Assembly: GCA_964057225.1 (NCBI GenBank)
Contig: OZ059900.1
Location: forward strand, 18,600,001 to 18,664,000
DNA length: 64,000 bases
Source: Auanema rhodensis
Lineage: Eukaryota > Animalia > Nematoda
Reading direction: 5' to 3'
Below are positions 40,011-52,664 of this stretch, piece by piece (position 1 is the stretch's first letter; every line of letters starts with the position of its first letter). The notes beneath the pieces are model-generated. The model saw nothing but the letters and a program-made list of their open reading frames with translations, searched no databases and was not told the origin of the DNA. The position numbers and the translations under genes were made by a program.

Positions 40011-43000
40011 AGGTTTTGACTTACGATTTCATGTGTTCAAACTCATGCAATGTCAATGAAACCTAGCTCAAAATTGTTCGTACAACGTCTAGTTCCACTT
40101 TCACGACAAAAAAACAGGGGTTAGAAAATTAAGGAAATTAGCATATTCTGAGGGCAAGCCCCTTATGGCTAATATTGATTAAATCGATTTTTGTTCATAT
40201 GAGTCGTCAAATGCAACGAATTTCAGCGTGTTACATACTAAAATGAAGCATTTTACATGCTGAACACTAGAAAAATACAAAAACACAGTATTTCCCATGA
40301 GAAATATTTTATTATGCTGGAAAACCAGTTTTTGGAAATTTCGCTGTAAACAAGGTTTTGACTTACGATTTCATGTGTTCAAACTCATGCAATGTCAATG
40401 AAACCTAGCTCAAAATTGTTCGTACAACGTCTAGTTCCACTTTCACGACAAAAAAACAGGGGTTAGAAAATTAAGGAAATTAGCATATTCTGAGGGCACG
40501 CCCCTTATGGCTAATATTGATTAAATCGATTTTTGTTCATATGAGTCGTCAAATGCAACGAATTTCAGCGTGTTACATACTAAAATGAAGCATTTTACAT
40601 GCTGAACACTAGAAGAATACAAAAACACAGTATTTCCCATGAGAAATATTTTATTATGCTGGAAAACCAGTTTTTGGAAATTTCGCTGTAAACAAGGTTT
40701 TGACTTACGATTTCATGTGTTCAAACTCATGCAATGTCAATGAAACCTAGCTCAAAATTGTTCGTACAACGTCTAGTTCCACTTTCACGACAAAAAAACA
40801 GGGGTTAGAAAATTAAGGAAATTAGCATATTCTGAGGGCAAGCCCCTTATGGCTAATATTGATTAAATCGATTTTTGTTCATATGAGTCGTCAAATGCAA
40901 CGAATTTCAGCGTGTTACATACTAAAATGAAGCATTTTACATGCTGAACACTAGAAAAATACAAAAACACAGTATTTCCCATGAGAAATATTTTATTATG
41001 CTGGAAAACCAGTTTTTGGAAATTTCGCTGTAAACAAGGTTTTGACTTACGATTTCATGTGTTCAAACTCATGCAATGTCAATGAAACCTAGCTCAAAAT
41101 TGTTCGTACAACGTCTAGTTCCACTTTCACGACAAAAAAACAGGGGTTAGAAAATTAAGGAAATTAGCATATTCTGAGGGCACGCCCCTTATGGCTAATA
41201 TTGATTAAATCGATTTTTGTTCATATGAGTCGTCAATTGCAACGAATTTCAGCGTGTTACATACTAAAATGAAGCATTTTACATGCTGAACACTAGAAAA
41301 ATACAAAAACACAGTATTTCCCATGAGAAATATTTTATTATGCTGGAAAACCAGTTTTTGGAAATTTCGCTGTAAACAAGGTTTTGACTTACGATTTCAT
41401 GTGTTCAAACTCATGCAATGTCGATGAAACCTAGCTCAAAATTGTTCGTACAACGTCTAGTTCCACTTTCACGACAAAAAAACAGGGGTTAGAAAATTAA
41501 GGAAATTAGCATATTCTGAGGGCACGCCCCTTATGGCTAATATTGATTAAATCGATTTTTGTTCATATGAGTCGTCAAATGCAACGAATTTCAGCGTGTT
41601 ACATACTAAAATGAAGCATTTTACATGCTGAACACTAGAAAAATACAAAAACACAGTATTTCCCATGAGAAATATTTTATTATGCTGGAAAACCAGTTTT
41701 TGGAAATTTCGCTGTAAACAAGGTTTTGACTTACGATTTCATGTGTTCAAACTCATGCAATGTCAATGAAACCTAGCTCAAAATTGTTCGTACAACGTCT
41801 AGTTCCACTTTCACGACAAAAAAACAGGGGTTAGAAAATTAAGGAAATTAGCATATTCTGAGGGCACGCCCCTTATGGCTAATATTGATTAAATCGATTT
41901 TTGTTCATATGAGTCGTCAATTGCAACGAATTTCAGCGTGTTACATACTAAAATGAAGCATTTTACATGCTGAACACTAGAAAAATACAAAAACACAGTA
42001 TTTCCCATGAGAAATATTTTATTATGCTGGAAAACCAGTTTTTGGAAATTTCGCTGTAAACAAGGTTTTGACTTACGATTTCATGTGTTCAAACTCATGC
42101 AATGTCGATGAAACCTAGCTCAAAATTGTTCGTACAACGTCTAGTTCCACTTTCACGACAAAAAAACAGGGGTTAGAAAATTAAGGAAATTAGCATATTC
42201 TGAGGGCACGCCCCTTATGGCTAATATTGATTAAATCGATTTTTGTTCATATGAGTCGTCAAATGCAACGAATTTCAGCGTGTTACATACTAAAATGAAG
42301 CATTTTACATGCTGAACACTAGAAAAATACAAAAACACAGTATTTCCCATGAGAAATATTTTATTATGCTGGAAAACCAGTTTTTGGAAATTTCGCTGTA
42401 AACAAGGTTTTGACTTACGATTTCATGTGTTCAAACTCATGCAATGTCAATGAAACCTAGCTCAAAATTGTTCGTACAACGTCTAGTTCCACTTTCACGA
42501 CAAAAAAACAGGGGTTAGAAAATTAAGGAAATTAGCATATTCTGAGGGCACGCCCCTTATGGCTAATATTGATTAAATCGATTTTTGTTCATATGAGTCG
42601 TCAAATGCAACGAATTTCAGCGTGTTACATACTAAAATGAAGCATTTTACATGCTGAACACTAGAAAAATACAAAAACACAGTATTTCCTATGAGAAATA
42701 TTTTATTATGCTGGAAAACCAGTTTTTGGAAATTTCGCTGTAAACAAGGTTTTGACTTACGATTTCATGTGTTCAAACTCATGCAATGTCAATGAAACCT
42801 AGCTCAAAATTGTTCGTACAACGTCTAGTTCCACTTTCACGACAAAAAAACAGGGGTTAGAAAATTAAGGAAATTAGCATATTCTGAGGGCACGCCCCTT
42901 ATGGCTAATATTGATTAAATCGATTTTTGTTCATATGAGTCGTCAAATGCAACGAATTTCAGCGTGTTACATACTAAAATGAAGCATTTTACATGCTGAA

Positions 43001-46000
43001 CACTAGAAGAAAACAAAAACACAGTATTTCCCATGAGAAATATTTTATTATGCTGGAAAACCAGTTTTTGGAAATTTCGCTGTAAACAAGGTTTTGACTT
43101 ACGATTTCATGTGTTCAAACTCATGCAATGTCAATGAAACCTAGCTCAAAATTGTTCGTACAACGTCTAGTTCCACTTTCACGACAAAAAAACAGGGGTT
43201 AGAAAATTAAGGAAATTAGCATATTCTGAGGGCAAGCCCCTTATGGCTAATATTGATTAAATCGATTTTTGTTCATATGAGTCGTCAAATGCAACGAATT
43301 TCAGCGTGTTACATACTAAAATGAAGCATTTTACATGCTGAACACTAGAAAAATACAAAAACACAGTATTTCCCATGAGAAATATTTTATTATGCTGGAA
43401 AACCAGTTTTTGGAAATTTCGCTGTAAACAAGGTTTTGACTTACGATTTCATGTGTTCAAACTCATGCAATGTCAATGAAACCTAGCTCAAAATTGTTCG
43501 TACAACGTCTAGTTCCACTTTCACGACAAAAAAACAGGGGTTAGAAAATTAAGGAAATTAGCATATTCTGAGGGCACGCCCCTTATGGCTAATATTGATT
43601 AAATCGATTTTTGTTCATATGAGTCGTCAAATGCAACGAATTTCAGCGTGTTACATACTAAAATGAAGCATTTTACATGCTGAACACTAGAAGAATACAA
43701 AAACACAGTATTTCCCATGAGAAATATTTTATTATGCTGGAAAACCAGTTTTTGGAAATTTCGCTGTAAACAAGGTTTTGACTTACGATTTCATGTGTTC
43801 AAACTCATGCAATGTCAATGAAACCTAGCTCAAAATTGTTCGTACAACGTCTAGTTCCACTTTCACGACAAAAAAACAGGGGTTAGAAAATTAAGGAAAT
43901 TAGCATATTCTGAGGGCAAGCCCCTTATGGCTAATATTGATTAAATCGATTTTTGTTCATATGAGTCGTCAAATGCAACGAATTTCAGCGTGTTACATAC
44001 TAAAATGAAGCATTTTACATGCTGAACACTAGAAAAATACAAAAACACAGTATTTCCCATGAGAAATATTTTATTATGCTGGAAAACCAGTTTTTGGAAA
44101 TTTCGCTGTAAACAAGGTTTTGACTTACGATTTCATGTGTTCAAACTCATGCAATGTCAATGAAACCTAGCTCAAAATTGTTCGTACAACGTCTAGTTCC
44201 ACTTTCACGACAAAAAAACAGGGGTTAGAAAATTAAGGAAATTAGCATATTCTGAGGGCACGCCCCTTATGGCTAATATTGATTAAATCGATTTTTGTTC
44301 ATATGAGTCGTCAATTGCAACGAATTTCAGCGTGTTACATACTAAAATGAAGCATTTTACATGCTGAACACTAGAAAAATACAAAAACACAGTATTTCCC
44401 ATGAGAAATATTTTATTATGCTGGAAAACCAGTTTTTGGAAATTTCGCTGTAAACAAGGTTTTGACTTACGATTTCATGTGTTCAAACTCATGCAATGTC
44501 GATGAAACCTAGCTCAAAATTGTTCGTACAACGTCTAGTTCCACTTTCACGACAAAAAAACAGGGGTTAGAAAATTAAGGAAATTAGCATATTCTGAGGG
44601 CACGCCCCTTATGGCTAATATTGATTAAATCGATTTTTGTTCATATGAGTCGTCAAATGCAACGAATTTCAGCGTGTTACATACTAAAATGAAGCATTTT
44701 ACATGCTGAACACTAGAAAAATACAAAAACACAGTATTTCCCATGAGAAATATTTTATTATGCTGGAAAACCAGTTTTTGGAAATTTCGCTGTAAACAAG
44801 GTTTTGACTTACGATTTCATGTGTTCAAACTCATGCAATGTCAATGAAACCTAGCTCAAAATTGTTCGTACAACGTCTAGTTCCACTTTCACGACAAAAA
44901 AACAGGGGTTAGAAAATTAAGGAAATTAGCATATTCTGAGGGCACGCCCCTTATGGCTAATATTGATTAAATCGATTTTTGTTCATATGAGTCGTCAATT
45001 GCAACGAATTTCAGCGTGTTACATACTAAAATGAAGCATTTTACATGCTGAACACTAGAAAAATACAAAAACACAGTATTTCCCATGAGAAATATTTTAT
45101 TATGCTGGAAAACCAGTTTTTGGAAATTTCGCTGTAAACAAGGTTTTGACTTACGATTTCATGTGTTCAAACTCATGCAATGTCGATGAAACCTAGCTCA
45201 AAATTGTTCGTACAACGTCTAGTTCCACTTTCACGACAAAAAAACAGGGGTTAGAAAATTAAGGAAATTAGCATATTCTGAGGGCACGCCCCTTATGGCT
45301 AATATTGATTAAATCGATTTTTGTTCATATGAGTCGTCAAATGCAACGAATTTCAGCGTGTTACATACTAAAATGAAGCATTTTACATGCTGAACACTAG
45401 AAAAATACAAAAACACAGTATTTCCCATGAGAAATATTTTATTATGCTGGAAAACCAGTTTTTGGAAATTTCGCTGTAAACAAGGTTTTGACTTACGATT
45501 TCATGTGTTCAAACTCATGCAATGTCAATGAAACCTAGCTCAAAATTGTTCGTACAACGTCTAGTTCCACTTTCACGACAAAAAAACAGGGGTTAGAAAA
45601 TTAAGGAAATTAGCATATTCTGAGGGCACGCCCCTTATGGCTAATATTGATTAAATCGATTTTTGTTCATATGAGTCGTCAAATGCAACGAATTTCAGCG
45701 TGTTACATACTAAAATGAAGCATTTTACATGCTGAACACTAGAAAAATACAAAAACACAGTATTTCCTATGAGAAATATTTTATTATGCTGGAAAACCAG
45801 TTTTTGGAAATTTCGCTGTAAACAAGGTTTTGACTTACGATTTCATGTGTTCAAACTCATGCAATGTCAATGAAACCTAGCTCAAAATTGTTCGTACAAC
45901 GTCTAGTTCCACTTTCACGACAAAAAAACAGGGGTTAGAAAATTAAGGAAATTAGCATATTCTGAGGGCACGCCCCTTATGGCTAATATTGATTAAATCG

Positions 46001-46166
46001 ATTTTTGTTCATATGAGTCGTCAAATGCAACGAATTTCAGCGTGTTACATACTAAAATGAAGCATTTTACATGCTGAACACTAGAAGAAAACAAAAACAC
46101 AGTATTTCCCATGAGAAATATTTTATTATGCTGGAAAACCAGTTTTTGGAAATTTCGCTGTAAACA
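40011..46166 (+). repeat. Tandem 2 x 9-monomer higher-order repeat (M118-126 / M127-135)
   Basis: The order C147A, 263G, C147A, A201T, A45G, A201T, A45G, C286T, 263G+T266A repeats exactly at a 3078-bp offset (C147A at 40157/40841 and 43235/43919; T266A at 43012 and 46090). Confidence 0.93.
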
Positions 46167-49100
46167 AGGTTTTGACTTACGATTTCATGTGTTCAAACTC
46201 ATGCAATGTCAATGAAACCTAGCTCAAAATTGTTCGTACAACGTCTAGTTCCACTTTCACGACAAAAAAACAGGGGTTAGAAAATTAAGGAAATTAGCAT
46301 ATTCTGAGGGCACGCCCCTTATGGCTAATATTGATTAAATCGATTTTTGTTCATATGAGTCGTCAAATGCAACCAATTTCAGCGTGTTACATACTAAAAT
46401 GAAGCATTTTACATGCTGAACACTAGAAAAATACGAAAACACAGTATTTCCCATGAGAAATATTTTATTATGCTGGAAAACCAGTTTTTGGAAATTTCGC
46501 TGTAAACAAGGTTTTGACTTACGATTTCATGTGTTCAAACTCATGCAATGTCAATGAAACCTAGCTCAAAATTGTTCGTACAACGTCTAGTTCCACTTTC
46601 ACGACAAAAAAACAGGGGTTAGAAAATTAAGGAAATTAGCATATTCTGAGGGCACGCCCCTTATGGCTAATATTGATTAAATCGATTTTTGTTCATATGA
46701 GTCGTCAAATGCAACGAATTTCAGCGTGTTACATACTAAAATGAAGCATTTTACATGCTGAACACTAGAAGAATACAAAAACACAGTATTTCCCATGAGA
46801 AATATTTTATTATGCTGGAAAACCAGTTTTTGGAAATTTCGCTGTAAACAAGGTTTTGACTTACGATTTCATGTGTTCAAACTCATGCAATGTCAATGAA
46901 ACCTAGCTCAAAATTGTTCGTACAACGTCTAGTTCCACTTTCACGACAAAAAAACAGGGGTTAGAAAATTAAGGAAATTAGCATATTCTGAGGGCACGCC
47001 CCTTATGGCTAATATTGATTAAATCGATTTTTGTTCATATGAGTCGTCAAATGCAACGAATTTCAGCGTGTTACATACTAAAATGAAGCATTTTACATGC
47101 TGAACACTAGAAGAATACAAAAACACAGTATTTCCCATGAGAAATATTTTATTATGCTGGAAAACCAGTTTTTGGAAATTTCGCTGTAAACAAGGTTTTG
47201 ACTTACGATTTCATGTGTTCAAACTCATGCAATGTCAATGAAACCTAGCTCAAAATTGTTCGTACAACGTCTAGTTCCACTTTCACGACAAAAAAACAGG
47301 GGTTAGAAAATTAAGGAAATTAGCATATTCTGAGGGCACGCCCCTTATGGCTAATATTGATTAAATCGATTTTTGTTCATATGAGTCGTCAAATGCAACG
47401 AATTTCAGCGTGTTACATACTAAAATGAAGCATTTTACATGCTGAACACTAGAAAAATACAAAAACACAGTATTTCCCATGAGAAATATTTTATTATGCT
47501 GGAAAACCAGTTTTTGGAAATTTCGCTGTAAACAAGGTTTTGACTTACGATTTCATGTGTTCAAACTCATGCAATGTCAATGAAACCTAGCTCAAAATTG
47601 TTCGTACAACGTCTAGTTCCACTTTCACGACAAAAAAACAGGGGTTAGAAAATTAAGGAAATTAGCATATTCTGAGGGCACGCCCCTTATGGCTAATATT
47701 GATTAAATCGATTTTTGTTCATATGAGTCGTCAAATGCAACGAATTTCAGCGTGTTACATACTAAAATGAAGCATTTTACATGCTAAACACTAGAAAAAT
47801 ACAAAAACACAGTATTTCCCATGAGAAATATTTTATTATGCTGGAAAACCAGTTTTTGGAAATTTCGCTGTAAACAAAGTTTTGACTTACGATTTCATGT
47901 GTTCAAACTCATGCAATGTCAATGAAACCTAGCTCAAAATTGTTTGTACAACGTCTAGTTCCACTTTCACGACAAAAAAACAGGGGTTAGAAAATTAAGG
48001 AAATTAGCATATTCTGAGGGCACGCCCCTTATGGCTAATATTGATTAAATCGATTTTTGTTCATATGAGTCGTCAAATGCAACGAATTTCAGCGTGTTAC
48101 ATACTAAAATGAAGCATTTTACATGCTAAACACTAGAAAAATACAAAAACACAGTATTTCCCATGAGAAATATTTTATTATGCTGGAAAACCAGTTTTTG
48201 GAAATTTCGCTGTAAACAAAGTTTTGACTTACGATTTCATGTGTTCAAACTCATGCAATGTCAATGAAACCTAGCTCAAAATTGTTTGTACAACGTCTAG
48301 TTCCACTTTCACGACAAAAAAACAGGGGTTAGAAAATTAAGGAAATTAGCATATTCTGAGGGCACGCCCCTTATGGCTAATATTGATTAAATCGATTTTT
48401 GTTCATATGAGTCGTCAAATGCAACGAATTTCAGCGTGTTACATACTAAAATGAAGCATTTTACATGCTGAACACTAGAAAAATACAAAAACACAGTATT
48501 TCCTATGAGAAATATTTTATTATGCTGGAAAACCAGTTTTTGGAAATTTCGCTGTAAACAAGGTTTTGACTTACGATTTCATGTGTTCAAACTCATGCAA
48601 TGTCAATGAAACCTAGCTCAAAATTGTTCGTACAACGTCTAGTTCCACTTTCACGACAAAAAAACAGGGGTTAGAAAATTAAGGAAATTAGCATATTCTG
48701 AGGGCACGCCCCTTATGGCTAATATTGATTAAATCGATTTTTGTTCATATGAGTCGTCAAATGCAACGAATTTCAGCGTGTTACATACTAAAATGAAGCA
48801 TTTTACATGCTGAACACTAGAAGAAAACAAAAACACAGTATTTCCCATGAGAAATATTTTATTATGCTGGAAAACCAGTTTTTGGAAATTTCGCTGTAAA
48901 CAAGGTTTTGACTTACGATTTCATGTGTTCAAACTCATGCAATGTCAATGAAACCTAGCTCAAAATTGTTCGTACAACGTCTAGTTCCACTTTCACGACA
49001 AAAAAACAGGGGTTAGAAAATTAAGGAAATTAGCATATTCTGAGGGCACGCCCCTTATGGCTAATATTGATTAAATCGATTTTTGTTCATATGAGTCGTC

Positions 49101-50270
49101 AAATGCAACCAATTTCAGCGTGTTACATACTAAAATGAAGCATTTTACATGCTGAACACTAGAAAAATACGAAAACACAGTATTTCCCATGAGAAATATT
49201 TTATTATGCTGGAAAACCAGTTTTTGGAAATTTCGCTGTAAACAAGGTTTTGACTTACGATTTCATGTGTTCAAACTCATGCAATGTCAATGAAACCTAG
49301 CTCAAAATTGTTCGTACAACGTCTAGTTCCACTTTCACGACAAAAAAACAGGGGTTAGAAAATTAAGGAAATTAGCATATTCTGAGGGCACGCCCCTTAT
49401 GGCTAATATTGATTAAATCGATTTTTGTTCATATGAGTCGTCAAATGCAACGAATTTCAGCGTGTTACATACTAAAATGAAGCATTTTACATGCTGAACA
49501 CTAGAAGAATACAAAAACACAGTATTTCCCATGAGAAATATTTTATTATGCTGGAAAACCAGTTTTTGGAAATTTCGCTGTAAACAAGGTTTTGACTTAC
49601 GATTTCATGTGTTCAAACTCATGCAATGTCAATGAAACCTAGCTCAAAATTGTTCGTACAACGTCTAGTTCCACTTTCACGACAAAAAAACAGGGGTTAG
49701 AAAATTAAGGAAATTAGCATATTCTGAGGGCACGCCCCTTATGGCTAATATTGATTAAATCGATTTTTGTTCATATGAGTCGTCAAATGCAACGAATTTC
49801 AGCGTGTTACATACTAAAATGAAGCATTTTACATGCTGAACACTAGAAGAATACAAAAACACAGTATTTCCCATGAGAAATATTTTATTATGCTGGAAAA
49901 CCAGTTTTTGGAAATTTCGCTGTAAACAAGGTTTTGACTTACGATTTCATGTGTTCAAACTCATGCAATGTCAATGAAACCTAGCTCAAAATTGTTCGTA
50001 CAACGTCTAGTTCCACTTTCACGACAAAAAAACAGGGGTTAGAAAATTAAGGAAATTAGCATATTCTGAGGGCACGCCCCTTATGGCTAATATTGATTAA
50101 ATCGATTTTTGTTCATATGAGTCGTCAAATGCAACGAATTTCAGCGTGTTACATACTAAAATGAAGCATTTTACATGCTGAACACTAGAAAAATACAAAA
50201 ACACAGTATTTCCCATGAGAAATATTTTATTATGCTGGAAAACCAGTTTTTGGAAATTTCGCTGTAAACA
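45483..50270 (+). repeat. Duplication with 8-monomer (2736 bp) offset: M134-139 / M142-147
   Basis: The series C286T; 263G+T266A; G208C+A269G; 263G; 263G; 263A occurs twice. G208C (gcaaccaat) occurs only at 46374 and 49110. Confidence 0.88.
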
Positions 50271-52664
50271 AGGTTTTGACTTACGATTTCATGTGTTCAA
50301 ACTCATGCAATGTCAATGAAACCTAGCTCAAAATTGTTCGTACAACGTCTAGTTCCACTTTCACGACAAAAAAACAGGGGTTAAAAAATTAAGGAAATTA
50401 GCATATTCTGAGGGCACGCCCCTTATGGCTAATATTGATTAAATCGATTTTTGTTCATATGAATCGTCAAATGCAACGAATTTCAGCGTGTTACATACTA
50501 AAATGAAGCATATTACATGCTGAACACTAGAAAAATACAAAAACACAGTATTTCCCATGAGAAATATTTTATTATGCTGGAAAACCAGTTTTTGGAAATT
50601 TCGCTGTAAACAAGGTTTTGACTTACGATTTCATGTGTTCAAACTCATGCAATGTCAATGAAACCTAGCTCAAAATTGTTCGTACAACGTCTAGTTCCAC
50701 TTTCACGACAAAAAAACAGGGGTTAGAAAATTAAGGAAATTAGCATATTCTGAGGGCACGCCCCTTATGGCTAATATTGATTAAATCGATTTTTGTTCAT
50801 ATGAGTCGTCAAATGCAACGAATTTCAGCGTGTTACATACTAAAATGAAGCATTTTACATGCTAAACACTAGAAAAATACAAAAACACAGTATTTCCCAT
50901 GAGAAATATTTTATTATGCTGGAAAACCAGTTTTTGGAAATTTCGCTGTAAACAAAGTTTTGACTTACGATTTCATGTGTTCAAACTCATGCAATGTCAA
51001 TGAAACCTAGCTCAAAATTGTTTGTACAACGTCTAGTTCCACTTTCACGACAAAAAAACAGGGGTTAGAAAATTAAGGAAATTAGCATATTCTGAGGGCA
51101 CGCCCCTTATGGCTAATATTGATTAAATCGATTTTTGTTCATATGAGTCGTCAAATGCAACGAATTTCAGCGTGTTACATACTAAAATGAAGCATTTTAC
51201 ATGCTGAACACTAGAAAAATACAAAAACACAGTATTTCCTATGAGAAATATTTTATTATGCTGGAAAACCAGTTTTTGGAAATTTCGCTGTAAACAAGGT
51301 TTTGACTTACGATTTCATGTGTTCAAACTCATGCAATGTCAATGAAACCTAGCTCAAAATTGTTCGTACAACGTCTAGTTCCACTTTCACGACAAAAAAA
51401 CAGGGGTTAGAAAATTAAGGAAATTAGCATATTCTGAGGGCACGCCCCTTATGGCTAATATTGATTAAATCGATTTTTGTTCATATGAGTCGTCAAATGC
51501 AACGAATTTCAGCGTGTTACATACTAAAATGAAGCATTTTACATGCTGAACACTAGAAAAATACAAAAACACAGTATTTCCCATGAGAAATATTTTATTA
51601 TGCTGGAAAACCAGTTTTTGGAAATTTCGCTGTAAACAAGGTTTTGACTTACGATTTCATGTGTTCAAACTCATGCAATGTCAATGAAACCTAGCTCAAA
51701 ATTGTTCGTACAACGTCTAGTTCCACTTTCACGACAAAAAAACAGGGGTTAGAAAATTAAGGAAATTAGCATATTCTGAGGGCACGCCCCTTATGGCTAA
51801 TATTGATTAAATCGATTTTTGTTCATATGAGTCGTCAAATGCAACGAATTTCAGCGTGTTACATACTAAAATGAAGCATTTTACATGCTGAACACTAGAA
51901 AAATACAAAAACACAGTATTTCCCATGAGAAATATTTTATTATGCTGGAAAACCAGTTTTTGGAAATTTCGCTGTAAACAAGGTTTTGACTTACGATTTC
52001 ATGTGTTCAAACTCATGCAATGTCAATGAAACCTAGCTCAAAATTGTTCGTACAACGTCTAGTTCCACTTTCACGACAAAAAAACAGGGGTTAGAAAATT
52101 AAGGAAATTAGCATATTCTGAGGGCACGCCCCTTATGGCTAATATTGATTAAATCGATTTTTGTTCATATGAGTCGTCAAATGCAACGAATTTCAGCGTG
52201 TTACATACTAAAATGAAGCATTTTACATGCTGAACACTAGAAAAATACAAAAACACAGTATTTCCCATGAGAAATATTTTATTATGCTGGAAAACCAGTT
52301 TTTGGAAATTTCGCTGTAAACAAGGTTTTGACTTACGATTTCATGTGTTCAAACTCATGCAATGTCAATGAAACCTAGCTCAAAATTGTTCGTACAACGT
52401 CTAGTTCCACTTTCACGACAAAAAAACAAGGGTTAGAAAATTAAGGAAATTAGCATATTCTGAGGGCACGCCCCTTATGGCTAATATTGATTAAATCGAT
52501 TTTTGTTCATATGAGTCGTCAAATGCAACGAATTTCAGCGTGTTACATACTAAAATGAAGCATTTTACATGCTGAACACTAGAAAAATACAAAAACACAG
52601 TATTTCCCATGAGAAATATTTTATTATGCTGGAAAACCAGTTTTTGGAAATTTCGCTGTAAACA

